Assembly (NCBI GenBank): GCA_038087875.1
Contig: CM075987.1
Span: 19,158,001 to 19,222,000 of the forward strand
Length of the DNA stretch: 64,000 bases
Direction: 5' to 3'
From: Malacoraja senta
Taxonomy: Eukaryota
A model generated the notes under the pieces. It made no database searches. It had not been told where the DNA came from and was given only the letters and a program-made list of their open reading frames with translations. Of the stretch, positions 1-13,226 are shown piece after piece. Position 1 is the first letter of the stretch; the number at the start of each line of letters is the position of its first letter. Position numbers and translations under genes: made by a program.

Positions 1-878
1 GTCTCATCAACGTAATGTTCAATGGTGCAGCAAGGGCATAACCTCCAGACGAAGGTTGCTTAATGATTACTGTGGCTCTCTGAGAATGATGAGAACCAGC
101 TGCTCTGCTCTCTGTTGTCTCATGTAAACAGCTGCATCTTCTAGAAACTACTTCTCAGCCAATTCCTCAACACTAATATTTTATTTTTGATGTGAGTTTT
201 CTTTACTGTTTCCCTGCTGTTTCCACTGATATATATTTTTGGATTATAATCACAGTGCAGAAACACAGCACCACACTGCTTGGAGTCACAAAATAATGCT
301 TGAAATTCTTTAACTGTTGCTGACATTTGATCAGAGTTATGCCAGTTTATTGAACATAAACTCCAGGAACAGAAGGAAGAGGGCCTTACAGATTCAGCGT
401 ACACATTTCAGCGCAGTTTTCTGGGGGTGTTTGATGCTAGTTTAAGAAGTAATTTCTAAATTAGTAAAATGTATTTACCACTTCCTCCTGCACCATTAAT
501 TTGACCAGAATGGCTGCAATATTGTCTCTACCCTGCACAGTGGAGGCATTTTGCAACTGAATACATCTATGATTTCAGAATCATAAAGTCAAAGAGCTGT
601 ACAGCACGGAAACAGTCCCTTCAGCCCACCTCGTCCATTAGCCTGCGTTTGGCCTCAATCTCTCTGAACCTTTTCAATCCCCATATCTATAGTCCTTACG
701 AAGATCCGCATAAGCGCAATTGGTTCTATTTCAGTTGTTGGGTAATGTTAAGGATGTAACCCACATCCTTAAGTCTTGAGCACAATGCACAACAGAGGGA
801 ATGTCTACAATTTCATGAGACATTCAGTCATGGACCCACGTGCACTGAATTGCACATAAAAAGGGACTCGGTTCTGGT

Positions 879-1070
879 AGACACAAAATGCTGGAATAAC
901 TCAGCGGATCAGGCAGCATCTCTGGAGAAAATGGATAGGTGACCCTTCAGAAGGGTCCTGACCCAAAACGTCACCTATCCATTTTCTCCAGAGATGCTGC
1001 CTGATCCGCTGAGTTATTCCAGCATTTTTTTGTCTCTCTTTGGTATAAACCAGCACCCGCAGTTCCTTTT
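879..1070. mobile_element. Penelope-like (PLE) terminal fold-back mini-element
   Basis: Perfect 59-bp inverted arms (885-943 and 970-1028) around a 26-nt spacer; same sequence family as the ends of the GIY-YIG-bearing elements at 9132 and 17207. Confidence 0.8.
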
Positions 1071-2169
1071 TATTGCATTGAGTTGGTCCTGGTGTTCAGT
1101 CCAGTAGGTATTACTAAAAATATATGTAATCTAATCATTGTTAGAGTGAGCTGTGTTCCTATTTGCTTCCAGTTTCATGTATTGCAGTATTGAACTCCTC
1201 TTCGAAGGTATTTTATTGGCTGTAGAGTTTTTTTAATTCATCTTGAAAAAGAACAGAAGTTGGTACAAATTATAGCTTTTCTTTTATCCTGACAAATATA
1301 ATAATTTTCTCCATCTCTATGCAGAGATTTAGAATTGCAGATGTGAATCGAATGTGAAAGGTTGAGTCTTTTCACCCAGACTTCTTTTACCAGAACTAAA
1401 ACATCAGTGAAATGGTTCAGGATGCCTCTTAATCTCTTATTTTTCATAAGGAAAATTTTATTCTCCAGTGTCTATTTAAAGTTGTAATTGGGAGGTCACC
1501 AGGCGATTGCGTGGTTGAAGATCCTTCAGGGTCAAATAAAACATGACAATTATGAAATATTAAAGTGGATTTTCAAACTTATATTTCAGACGAGAATACT
1601 TTTGATCATTCTGCCTTGGTGCCCTGGGAAGTCTTCCTAAAATGCTCCAACTCCTTTTAACTTGCATGTTTGAAGTTTTTGGTCATCTATTCTAATGTCT
1701 AGTAATTTGGCTAGTTGACGATTGTTTCTGACAATTTCTGGTTTTTATTTTGAAATTATTTTGTTACGGACGCTCCACTAAATCCAAGCAGTTGTGTGGT
1801 AGTAATGATGCTAGTCACGAAATGGACTTCAGAGCTTTCAATGAGTTTGAGTGAGTGTAGAAGATGTGAAGGCCAGGAGAGCATTGGATTGAGTAAATCT
1901 GGAAAGAAAAGCTTGTAAAGGAGTGTCTGTTCTGAGGCAGGACTGGAGATGGGTCGTGTTTTTTGTGGTGGAAACGGATGGTCTTGGTCATAGGACGTTT
2001 TTATGATTGGAGCTTACATTAGGGTCGATTAGGACACCACATTAATGAATGATATGGTTAGGCCTTGGACAGTGGCCTTGGAGAGGGATGGTGCAATTGC
2101 TGCACAATAACAGAGAGCCATGATGTGTAAAGAATACTTCAATTCTATATGTCTTTTTGTATTCAACAG

Positions 2170-2391
2170 AATGGAGGCTTCGTGCCTTGAGCTTGCCCTC
2201 GAAGGGGAACGGCTGTGCAAAACTGGAGATTTCAAAGCTGGAGTGGCCTTCTTTGAAGCTGCCGTGCAGGTTGGGACAGAGGACCTGAAGACTTTGAGCG
2301 CCATCTACAGTCAGCTGGGCAATGCCTACTTTTACTTGAAGGAATATTCCAAGGCTCTGGAGTACCATAAGCATGATCTAACCCTGGCCAG
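2170..2391 (+). CDS. GPSM1: GPSM1/AGS3-like coding exon (conventional exon 2): (R)MEASCLELALEGERLCKTGDFKAGVAFFEAAVQVGTEDLKTLSAIYSQLGNAYFYLKEYSKALEYHKHDLTLA(R)
   Basis: Acceptor caacag|A and donor AG|GTGAGT; 222 nt. Peptide is the well-known N-terminal TPR sequence of GPSM1/GPSM2. Family call is firm; exact paralog is uncertain. Confidence 0.95.
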
Positions 2392-2865
2392 GTGAGTTTG
2401 GTGAATCTGGCTCGAGCAGAATGTTATAAACAATCTGAGGTGCAGGGAGCCCATTCCCCAACCTGCTTGGTTACCCAAGATTCAGGTGGGCCAAATGGAT
2501 TGCTCTTGGAAAGAGATGATGCAGATATGATAGACCAATTGGTCAGCTTCTCAATTGTACTTTTCTATTCGGAGGCGAGTGTAATTTCTCTGCTGCCGAG
2601 GATATTGCGATAAGATCTCCCCATTAAACTGAATAGTTCTAAACCTTATAAAACTATTTATTTTAATCAATTAAGGAATGCTTGAACTAACTGTGATTTG
2701 CCATAGATTCATGGGAAGCTTTGGATGCCTATTTTAAATGTGTTGTGAAACTTCATCTGGTAGATCTTTGCCCCGAGTAGGAATAAATGGCATCTTACAT
2801 GAAAATATTCAATTAGTTTGTGTTCCAGTGGCACAGCATTGACTAATTGATCTGTCTTTCAAAAG

Positions 2866-3001
2866 GACCATTGGGGATCGGATTGGTGAGGCAAAAGCTA
2901 GTGGTAATCTTGGAAATACATTGAAGATACTTGGCAACTTTGATGAAGCAATTGCTTGTTGTCAGAGGCACTTGGACATCTCGATAGAACAGAAGGATAA
3001 G
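2866..3001 (+). CDS. GPSM1: GPSM1-like exon 3: TIGDRIGEAKASGNLGNTLKILGNFDEAIACCQRHLDISIEQKDK
   Basis: Acceptor tctttcaaaag|G, donor AAG|GTAAT; 136 nt; continues the frame of the previous exon; TPR motif. Confidence 0.95.
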
Positions 3002-3489
3002 GTAATCTTCTTTTCCAGGTTGACCATTTGATTTATGTGCTGACCAATTTAATTTCCAAGATGGTCATCAATGATATTTGTTTAATTGCTTACTGGCAGG
3101 GAGTTGCATGTTACCATTGCCCTGTCGCAACCACTTCATTTCATTGTCCTGAATGATTGGTGTTCCCAAAAATAAAACTGAATTTTGGCCTAAGTTTCTT
3201 CCTTGATTGCAAAGTTAATGTTTGCATGCAGAAGGTGTTTAGTTATGTCCTATGTTACCTGTTCATGTAAGCCTGTTGCATAAAACATCCCCATGCAATA
3301 TGATTACTGTGGAGAACTAGAACAAGCACTTCAATCACTGAAGCCGTTCTCAATTAGAAAGTGGCTGATTATGTGGTATTGCATATGTGTCTTTTTACAA
3401 TACTGGAGAGATTTTGAGGAACACGATTATTATTCAGTTTATTACACCAATACACTGTTCTTTAAAAAAAAAAACTACCCATCATGTGA

Positions 3490-4751
3490 AACCTTATAAA
3501 TAACAGAAATAAATTATATAACTTCAAGACCGAAAGTCAAAAACATTTTTCATGACAGACAAATTTTCATCGTTTTACCACCGATTTGGACACCAAAAAT
3601 GTGACATTAAAAACTGCTACATTTAGTCATGAATATTTAATTCATAAATAAACTTCATATGGCCCTACATACATATATGTTTTGATAATGATCTAGGGAA
3701 ATATCTTCATCAACAACAGGAGAAAAATACAGTAACATAATACAGAACAGTAAAGATCCCGTAACGGTCGTTGTGCTTGGTGTCCATTGTCACAACGACA
3801 GTTATCGGGGTCGGTACCTCCGTAAATTAAACCACGGAGGCTCCAAACCTCTAATGTTTTTCAAAAACCCAACGAGGTATCCTATGGTAGTAGCAATTTT
3901 TGTATTTTTTATTTTATTAGAAGTATTGTACATTACAATAATCTGCAATAACGTAAGTTTATACTTTTCTTGTACCACTTCTTATTTTAAACTTTAATAA
4001 TAAAAAAGGATAGAAAGAGTTAGTAAAGATAGTAAGTGAGTGATTGAAAGAGTGGTCCAGGAACACCCATATGGACCTAAACCACAAGAAATAGTTAGAG
4101 AAAAAAAAAAAGAAAAAGAGAAAAACCAAAAGGAGGAAAAAGAAAAAAGAAAGCATAAGATAAGGTAGGACAATATGAAAGGGATGTACCTACTTCATAT
4201 CTTTACTCACCCCTCGCCAGGTCCTGAAACCATTTATTATCAACATTTTGTTGCACCCTATGTTTGTAATAAGTCGATAAATGGAGACCAAATCTTTTGG
4301 AATTGGTCTGGTTTACCTGCTAAGTGGAATCTCATATCTTCTAGGTGTAACAATTCCGACATATTAGAAGTCCACATTTTTGTCGTTGGCGTAGGAGCAT
4401 TTTTCCAGAATTTCAGTATAGGTTTTTTTGCCGTTATTAAGCTATAATTAAGGAAACTCCTTTGAAACGAAGTCAGCTCCAAACTTGCTTCTATTGTTCC
4501 TGGTAGTAGCAATTTTTGGGTGAGTTAATTATTTTTTATTATTTTCCAATTTAATATATCAAAAACATCGTGGTGTCAAAAGTGCAATGACCGTTTACGA
4601 TATTTTCCGACTTTATAAAATCAATAAAAAAAATAAAAAAATAAAAAAGATTTTGGACATAAAATGGTCATCAAAACTAAGAAACTGAGCCAATCTTCAA
4701 ATTGGCAACACACTGTCTCTTGTTTACCTTTCGTGCGGACCAAGTGGCTAA
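3490..4751. mobile_element. Possible non-autonomous DNA transposon remnant interrupted by the L1
   Basis: CpG-richer than the flanks; right end ..CAAGTGGCTAA resembles a TTAA-CCACTT-type terminus; left end not identified. Confidence 0.3.
3902..4500 (-). mobile_element. 5'-truncated L1 LINE (ORF2 C-terminus, 3'UTR, A-rich tail)
   Basis: Peptide ..KKPILKFWKNAPTPT..LAGKPDQFQKIWSPFIDLLQT* is homologous to the end of the 49449-51488 ORF; 17-bp TSD TGGTAGTAGCAATTTTT at 3885-3901 and 4501-4517. Confidence 0.9.
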
Positions 4752-5382
4752 CTTCACGCTGCACTCCCTCAATAGCAAGAATGTCCTTCCTCAAATTTGG
4801 AGACCAAAACTGCACACAATACTCCAGGTGTGGTCTCACTAGGGCCCTGACAACTGCAGAAGGACCTCTTTGCTCCTATATTCAACTCCTCTTGTTATGA
4901 AGGCTAACATGCCATTCGCTTTCTTCACTGCCTGCTGTACCTGCAAGTTTACTTTCACTGACTGATGAACAAGGACACCCAGATCCCGTTGTACTTCCCC
5001 TTTTCCTAACTTGACACCATTTAGTTAATAATCTGCCTTCCTGTTTTTGCCACCAAAGTGGATAACCTCACACTTATCCACATTAAACTGCATCAGCCAT
5101 GCATCTGCCCACTTACCCAACCAGTCCAAGTTACCCTGCATCCTCATAAGCATCCTCTTCACAGTTCACACTGCCACCCAGCTTTGTCATCTGCAAATTT
5201 GCTAATGTTACTTGTAATCCCTTCATCTAAATCATTAATATATATTGTAAATAGCTGTGGTCCCAGCACTGAGCCTTGCGGTACCCCGCTAGTCACTGCC
5301 TGCCATTCTGAAAGGGACCCGTTAATCCCTAATCGTTGTTTCCTGTCTGCCAACCAATTTTCTGTCCATGTCAGCACTCTAC
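4751..5382 (-). mobile_element. CR1 (HER1-like) LINE RT fragment
   Basis: [27 protein letters not shown] and [13 protein letters not shown] motifs, with frameshifts. Confidence 0.92.
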
Positions 5383-6221
5383 TTGATTGATGATTACATT
5401 CTGATAAGTTCAAGGGATGACTGATGATGCAGGGAGCATTGTGCAAAAGCAATATTTAATTGTGGAAAAAAATTATAATTACATTATAATCATCCAAGTA
5501 TTCGCTGCCCTAATGGATCTCTCCATGTTACAAATTGCAAAATATAATAAATTTAAATTTAAAATATAAACTGAAAATGCTGGAAATAGGTCAGGCAGCA
5601 TCTTGTGAGAGAGAAGAAAAGTTTGTGTTTCAGGTCTATGACATTTTTCAGTTTTCATGATTAAGTTCAACAAACAGCCATTTGCAACTCTGGTCAATTC
5701 ATGTTTTGTTACTTGTCCTATTAACCAACTTTGTCTGTATTGCCGTTGTTTTGACAGACAAACCCTCCTGGCATTCACCCTACCGCAGATATTCCCTTTT
5801 CATTCTTTCCTCTCCCCTCCTCTCTGTTCCTCTATTCACTTGAAACCTTTGTCGTATCATTAACTTTAATTCCCAAACTTAAAAGAAAAGAGACAGACCC
5901 AACATGTTAACATTAATCCTGTTTTTTTTCTCCATAGATGGCACATAAGTAATTAGTGCATTTATTGTCCTCATTTTTTTGAGGGCACCCATTGAATATG
6001 TTTTCCTTGTGACTCTCCTCATTGAAAGTAATTCTACAATAAAATGGGAAATAAGATGCCCAATGTGTAATGTTAAAATATTTGATTTTCCTACTGTCCC
6101 ACACTTAATCTAACTGGATGCTGAGAATATTGTTTCTTCCTTCTGAAAATGTTTGTTTTCCATAATTTTTCAAAGCAATGGTTGATTACTAAAAGTATCT
6201 CTCTTACTCTCCCTTGCCCAG

Positions 6222-6364
6222 GTCAGTGAAGCACGAGCACAGTACAACATTGGCAATGTTTTTCATGCCAAAGGGAAGCAGCTGTCCTGGCTCACAGCCC
6301 AGGAATCCGGAGACTTGCCGAGTGAAGTGAAGGAAACTTTAGAGAAGGCCACTGAGCACTATGA
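6222..6364 (+). CDS. GPSM1: GPSM1-like exon 4: VSEARAQYNIGNVFHAKGKQLSWLTAQESGDLPSEVKETLEKATEHY(E)
   Basis: Acceptor cccttgcccag|, donor GA|GTGAGT; 143 nt. HAKGKQLSW is GPSM1-type rather than GPSM2-type. Confidence 0.93.
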
Positions 6365-6889
6365 GTGAGTAATAAAGCATCTGCCTACAAATTAAGCTCT
6401 TGAGAGGAATTGGTAGTAATTGAGAATGTTGTCCAAAATGTGTTCTGACTATCCATGAAGAATGTACAGTGCTTAGACAGCACTCCTCCACAATTTGAAA
6501 ATCTTGTGTTTGTGCTTTGTATTTGTTGAAATATTTGGAGTACATTAGGAACACAATAAATGCATTCATTTCAGACATCATTGCACTGTAACTGTGTATC
6601 TGCATTTCAATGAACTGAGTCCCTGCAGTTTCTAAATCCATGTAAATCAGGACTTGTAAATGGTCCAAAAAAGCAAACCAGGATGTACCTCTCTTCAGAC
6701 ACTAACATCAACTCCCCTCCCTCTGCTGGCAACATCACCATTTCACCACTTCACAAGAGCCTGAAATCTATTTCCTACACTCTCACTTACACCATTCCCT
6801 GAATGCTTGGAATTTTAACTCAAATGCTTTCATGAGCAACTTGGTGAAAGATGTACATTAAAAATGAAACGCATGCATGAATAAAAATA

Positions 6890-7380
6890 TACATGAAAGC
6901 ACTTTATCAGGATGCATCACAGCATGGTTTGGGAACAGCTCAATCCAAGACCACAAGAAATTGCAGAGATCTGTGGATGCAGCCCAGACCATCATACAAA
7001 CCATATTCCCTTCCATTGATTCTATCTACACTTCACGCTGTCTCGGCAATGCCACCGACATAATCACGAACAAGTCTCGCCCTTCTCCTCTCTCCCATCA
7101 GGCAAGAGAAGTGTGAAAACGCATACTTCCAGATTCGGGGACAGTTTCTGCCCAGCTGTTATCAGGCAACTGAACCATCTTATCACCAGCTAGAGAGCAA
7201 CCGTGACCCATCATCTACCTCATTGGAGAATCTCAGACTATCTTTATTGAGACTTTACTGGACTCTATCTTGCACTAAACGTTATTCCCTTTAACTTTAC
7301 ACGGTGAATGGCTTGATTGTAATCATGTAGTCTTTCTCCAGACTGGATAGCACACCGCAAAAAAGGTTTTCACTGTACCT
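6890..7380 (+). mobile_element. Rex1/Babar LINE 3' fragment
   Basis: ESTLSGCITAWFGN..KKLQRSVDAAQTI C-terminal motif and typical 3'UTR (ttttcactgtacct). Confidence 0.8.
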
Positions 7381-9131
7381 TATTAATTGAGATCCACCAG
7401 TTTAGTTGACTGTCTGCAATCCATTTTTCAATATCGAAACTTGTGCCAAGTTCTGTTTGCTCATCAGTCCTGTGTTTACCGAGCCATATCTGTCTCTATC
7501 CAGTAATTACATGATTTTAAAATTCAATTAAAAAAATCAAGTTTTCAATCCCTTGTCAAGACACAATCTTGTCCTATTTCACCTCTTAATGGCTGTATAA
7601 CCTTTTTCAATCTCGTGCTCGTCTGCATTCCTGATTTGAATTGCTTCACCATTGGCAGTGCCTTCATCTGGCAGGACAGTGAGTTCAGAAATTCTCTTTC
7701 TCTTTCTCTTAAATCATACCCTTTTGCCATTTTTTTTTGGCCAGCTGTCTGAATATCTCTTTCAGAATCATGGTGTCAAGTTTTATTGGGAGGCTTCAGT
7801 CTGTTTAAATATGCCATGGGAATTCGAATCATTATTTCCATGGATAATGCAAGAAAACAATCAGGTTTTAGGCTTTAAACGTACCACATTGAAAAATGGT
7901 TATGTAGATAGTTGTTTGGGCAACTACACTTCAGAATCATTTACTTAAAGGAGGTGCAATTGGTTGTCCCAAGGTTATGAAGGGCATAATTTGAAAGCAT
8001 TTCCTTTTTCTCTTTCACTGCTCCAAACTTAATTTCCGGTATTTACTTGCATTCATTGTCTTCTACCTGTTTAATAATGGATGACAGTTGCAGTCCTAAA
8101 CTTTCGCAAAGATGAGGGAATGTAAGAACAATGGATTGTTCCAGCATGCCCAATGAATATGGGCATGAACTATGGGAAGATTTATTTCTCAGCCTATTAA
8201 AGTTGACACAAGTTTAGAAGACTAAAATATACTGTGGTGCCTTCACGGCCATGTTGGTTTTGCATACAGCCTGTCACCGCTGGCGACTCGCCAGCAGCCT
8301 CCTGAGAAGGTCCAGCCACAAGAGCTCAATATCAGGTGCACTAATTGGCCTTATCTGCACACGGGTTGTAATTGGTGAGAATGTAGGTAAAAGGGTCTTC
8401 TGGAATAAACGTGTCACAAGGTGTCTGGCTCAGCTAAGTGTTGTTTGTTCTTTGCTTTCTGTCGTGGAATTCAGTAGATCCTACAATACAAGGGACTGAG
8501 CCATCTTTTTGAGTGAAGGAGAAAACAATTCTTTGAACTGCTGCTTGAAGAACCTATTCATTTATCACAAGAAATATTTAGGAATACATATATCTGAACT
8601 TCAAATTTTACTATATACATATTGAAAAGAAAAATCACCATTTTGTCTGCTGGATGATATTGTTGTCAATTTTAAATTCTGCAGCATTTGAGAAGTTGAT
8701 ACTTCCATATAATAATTTTTGTAGAGAAACGGGCCATTTGACCCAACTGAGTGGTCTGTATTTATACACCACACATCATTTTCTTGTCCCCTTTCACTAA
8801 CCCCACCAATAAAACTTTTGTTTGTCATTTGTTTGTCCAGCTTTTCCTGTAGTTTCTTAACAAGTGCAACAAAATTTCAGCATTTGCTATATGTATGACC
8901 CATCAATTATTAATATTGAGATCAAGTCTCCTTTATTTTATGTTTCCCTGGTGAGAATGGTAGATATTGAATTCCAACACCAATTTGAAGCGATTCTGAG
9001 AAGTCATATTACTGTAGAGCACAGAAACACTCCCTTCAGCCCACATAGTCCATGCCATTTGCCACAGAATTGTGCAGTTTACCTTGCTCATTATTGTCTC
9101 AATCTTTCAAAGTCATTTCAAATAATGCATG

Positions 9132-9665
9132 GCAGACAATGCTGGAGAAATTCAGCGGGTGAGGCAGCATCTATGGAGCGAAGGAAATAGGCGACGTTTC
9201 GGGTCAAGACCCTTCTTCAGACTGATGTGGGGGTGGGGGGGGTGGGAAGAAGAAAGGAAGAGGTGGAGAAAGTGGGCTGTGGGAGAGCTGGGGAGGGGAA
9301 AGAGGGAGAAAGCAGGGACTACCTGAAATTGGAGAAGTCAATGTTCATACCGGTGGGGTGTAAACTACCCAAGCGAAATATGAGGTGCTGCTCCTCCAAT
9401 TTACGGTGGCCCTCACTCTGGCCATGGAGGAGGCCCAGGACAGAAAGGTCGGATTAGGAATGGGAGGGTGAGTTGAAGTGCTGAGCCACCAGGAGATCAG
9501 GTTAGTTCATGCGAACCGAGCGGAGGTGTTGGGCGAAGCGATCACCAAGCCTACGTTTGTCTCACCGATGTAGAGCAGCTGATACCTAGAGCAGCGGATG
9601 CAATAGATGAGGCTGGAGGAGGTGCAGGTGAACCTCTGCCGCATCTGGAAAGACTGCTTGGGTCC
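9132..9665 (-). mobile_element. 5'-truncated Penelope-like element (GIY-YIG endonuclease region plus pLTR with hammerhead motif)
   Basis: Minus strand reads RFTCTSSSLIYCIRCSRYQLLYIGET..HFNSPSH..KLEEQHLIFRLGSLHPTGMNIDFSNFR*, with disruptions; 10-bp direct repeat ATAATGCATG at 9122-9131 and 9666-9675. Confidence 0.9.
9191..9225 (-). ncRNA. Minimal type-I hammerhead ribozyme motif (PLE-associated)
   Basis: Minus strand: CUGAAGA-A-GGGUC(UU)GACCC-GAAAC-GUC. Core intact; stems I and III very short. Confidence 0.55.
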
Positions 9666-10680
9666 ATAATGCATGTTTCTTTTTGTTTCCCCTTCTGCAA
9701 GGTCACAATCGCCATTGCCGAAGCATTTTCATGCTTACAGCTCTTCATCTTTATCACTCAAAATTTCTTGAGGATAATGTGCATTTAATAATGATTTTTC
9801 TGTTCGAAAGTAATGAAGTCAAATGTATTCACCAATTTTAAATCTTTTGAAATTAGTGAATTTACATTTTTGCAGAAATCTCTGCTCTCACTTCTTTGAA
9901 GATCCAAGTCTAATTAATGTTCTTAGCTCATGCTTAATGTCAGCAGTTTTTAAAATGAAATTTCTTTCACAATCCCCCAAAATCCTTAGGAAGAGTTTAG
10001 AGGGCTATGCAGGCAAATGGCATGGACTATGTGGGCTGAAGGGCTTGTTTCTGTGCTGTACAGCTCTATGACTTCTCAGAATCACTTCAAAATTTTGTTG
10101 GAATTCAATATATACCACTTGACTTTTGTCCAGTAAACGTCCCACCCTCATAATCCCAATAATTTTACTTTTTTCAGGATGAGGGAACTGAATCTCAACA
10201 TAAGCAAAAGAAAATTTAAAAAACGCTGATTTTGGAAAATTGTAATTGAACCATAAGATGCTGGAAGAGACAGCATTTGTGGGTGGTTGATGGTTGGCAT
10301 GAATTCAGTGGGCCAAAGAAGCCTGTTTCCACGTTGTATCTCTGAGAAATCAAGCTAATGTTTTCGGTCCAGAACACTTAGTCAGAACTGGGAAAGGAAA
10401 AAAACAAGTTATTTTTCTTGGAGAGGGATGGTTAGAAGAAAGGGAATATCTCGGACAGGGTGAGCACAAATGCATTATAACTGCAGAGAGAATCGGATTA
10501 TGCTACCTTGTCTCTGTTGTTGCTAATAACAGGATGTGCACCGTTCCCAGCAGGCCAGACTATAACAACAGAATCAGTAAAACGGAACCAAAATCAAAGA
10601 TGGATGATAGATAGTAATAGCCATATCTGATACAGACAGAAAGTAAGTTGGAGATGCATAACAAGTTGGAGAATTTGATC

Positions 10681-10900
10681 AAAACATAAAGTGCTGGAGT
10701 AACTGAACAGGTTGGGTGGCATCTGTAGCGGGAATGCACAGCCAATGTATCAGGTCAGGATCCTTCTTCAGACTGAAGAAGGGTCCCGACCTGAAATGTC
10801 GCAACGTCCATTCCCTCCACAGATGCTACCTGGCCTGCTGAATTCCTCCAGCAATTTGTGATTTGCTCATGATTCCAGCATTTGCCGTTCCTTGTGTCTT
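10681..10900. mobile_element. Penelope-like fold-back mini-element
   Basis: Inverted pLTR arms meeting at CTTCTTCAG-A-CTGAAGAAG; GAGAATTTG repeated on both flanks. Confidence 0.75.
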
Positions 10901-11195
10901 CATTAGAGAATTTGGAGTGCGGAAGGCTGTGATGTGCTCAGACCTGAGGTAACTTGTTGATCCTCAAGCCTCATTTTTAAAATATTCCTGTTCATGCAAC
11001 GTAATTTGAAATTAGAACAGGCGATTTTGTTGGGTCGATATTGTGAGAGAAGAAAATCATTATGTCAGTTGGTTTGAGAAGGCCCAGAAGAGAGAACTTT
11101 TTTTGCATGCAATTTTTAAAACTGATGTTAAATCTGGTCTTTTATTCACTTCTGATATTCAGATTCACTCTTTTTGCTGCTGTCATCTAATAATA

Positions 11196-11477
11196 ACAGC
11201 GCGGAAACAGGCCCTTTGGCCCACCGAGTCCACACTGACCAGTGATCCCCGCTCATTAACATTATTCGACACACATTAGGGACAATTCGCATTTATACCC
11301 AGCTAATTAACCTACAAACCTGTAAGTCTTTGGAGCGTGGGAGGAAACCGATGATCTCGGCAAAAACCCACAGAGATAACGTACAAACTCCGTACAGACA
11401 GCACCCGTATCCAGGATCGAACCTGGATCTCTGGCGCTGGAAGGCAGCAACTCTACCGCTGCATTACCGTGCCACCC
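11196..11477 (-). mobile_element. HE1-like tRNA-derived V-SINE
   Basis: tRNA-like head with A/B boxes on the minus strand, V-domain (gtacaaactccgtacagac), CR1-derived tail. Confidence 0.88.
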
Positions 11478-12727
11478 AATAGTTTGGTGAAATCATAAAT
11501 GAGAGCACTTATTCATTATGACTTGATTATTTTTGTCTTTGCTGAATTCTTCTAGTCTCACGGATTCCTTGTGTAGTGCGCCTAAGGCTGCTCCTGGCTT
11601 TCAGTGAAAAATTAACATGGATCTTGCTGGCCTTCAATAATACCTAGTCATCAAAAGTGAACTCCCACAGTTATATGTGGTTAGCCTTATGCTATTAATG
11701 GAGATGGCAATATAGATTTTGCATATTCAAAGGAGACGGGTTATGAAAGGAAGAATGGGACTTTAGAACAGAGAACTCATTGTAAAAATGTTAAAGATCT
11801 GATTCGAGGATATTTGCATCTAAGATGATTGTGTTAAGGTCAGTTGAAAGTGTATCTTTTTTTGTCAATTATACCAATATAGTTTTACATCTTTACAAAG
11901 AGAAGTGGAAGTCAAGAATATTGCTTTATATAATGGTTTTTGCATTGCATTATTCATTAAGGTCTAATTTCTAGTTCTTTGCTTCATTTTCTTTATATTT
12001 TTCCTTTTCTTTCATCCATCTCCTCCTTGCTTATATTCCCTACTTTCCCATTTCAAGTTTGTATTTTTTTTAAGAAATAGAAGCAGGAGTCGGCCATTCA
12101 GTAAGATCATGAAATCCCTTCCCTTGATTTCTTTGGTATCATTTAAAAAATTCACTTCCTGCCTTCCCATCTTTTGTTTTCCCGTTCCTGCATCAGAGGG
12201 CAGATTGCAAATTATCTTGGATGACAAACTGGACCATCACTATCAATGATTGATTCATCAAGCAAATCACTTCAATAGCCATCTTGTTCCAAATTCTACA
12301 ATGATGAACTTAGGCTTGCATTCACCAAATATCTGGAGAAAATGCGGCAATACGATCAATGCTGTTCTTCACCAAACAGCTGTTCATGAAAAAAGTTCAA
12401 AGCTAATTCTTAAAGACTTACAACCACTTAATCAAACTTAGTTTGAACTATTAATTTGAATTAAACTCTCTTTGCTGATGTGGAATTTGTGTAACACTGG
12501 TCATGAACATACAAGCTATTCATTATGAAACAAAACAAGTGTTCTGAAAGCATTTCTAAAATTATAATGTATAATGTAGATTTAGACAATACTTAGAAAG
12601 CATTGGAGTTCTTGAGTCCAAAGTTAGTCTATTTCTACAATGAATATCATTTTGTGGTTGGGTGGAATATAAAGGATTCTCTGGGTTTTCAATGTTTGTA
12701 ATATTTTTCTTTCTTTGTCTCATTTAG

Positions 12728-12851
12728 GATGAATCTTAAAATTGTCAAAGAATTAGGTGATCGAGCAGCTCAAGGCCGAGCCTTTGGTAATCTTGGCAAC
12801 ACACATTATCTTTTAGGAAACTACAACGATGCCATTTCTTTTCACAAGGAG
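12728..12851 (+). CDS. GPSM1: GPSM1-like exon 5: MNLKIVKELGDRAAQGRAFGNLGNTHYLLGNYNDAISFHKE
   Basis: Polypyrimidine tract plus catttag|G, donor GAG|GTAAAA; 124 nt; in frame; TPR motif. Confidence 0.95.
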
Positions 12852-13226
12852 GTAAAAATCCAGTTATTACATTTCACCTTAGATTTGAGAAAGTTCTGAT
12901 GTTGTATGTTCAAGTTTGCTCACTTGCATTAAACTTTTCCAAAGGATGGTGTCTGGAAGTATTTTTTTTGGTCTCCACCATCTGATAATGTGATCCTTTC
13001 GCCATGCTTTTGTGGCGCTATGTTAAATACACCGTATGTAGCCCAGGAAGGAACACGAGTCTTGTCTTTGTCATAGTGCCCATTAGCATCAGTGTGCCAC
13101 TGCTAACTTGTATGTCAGGCAATAATTTGGAGCAAAAAAACAACTCGGATGTAGGGTCAATTTAAAAGTAAGCAATTAATTTAACAGCAAATGAAATCAA
13201 TTTGTGCAGTCGTGTCTAGTTAAATA

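Noticed and set aside
2120-2169. N-terminal part of ORF 2120-2395 (MMCKEYF..)
   Set aside because: Intron read-through upstream of the acceptor at 2169.
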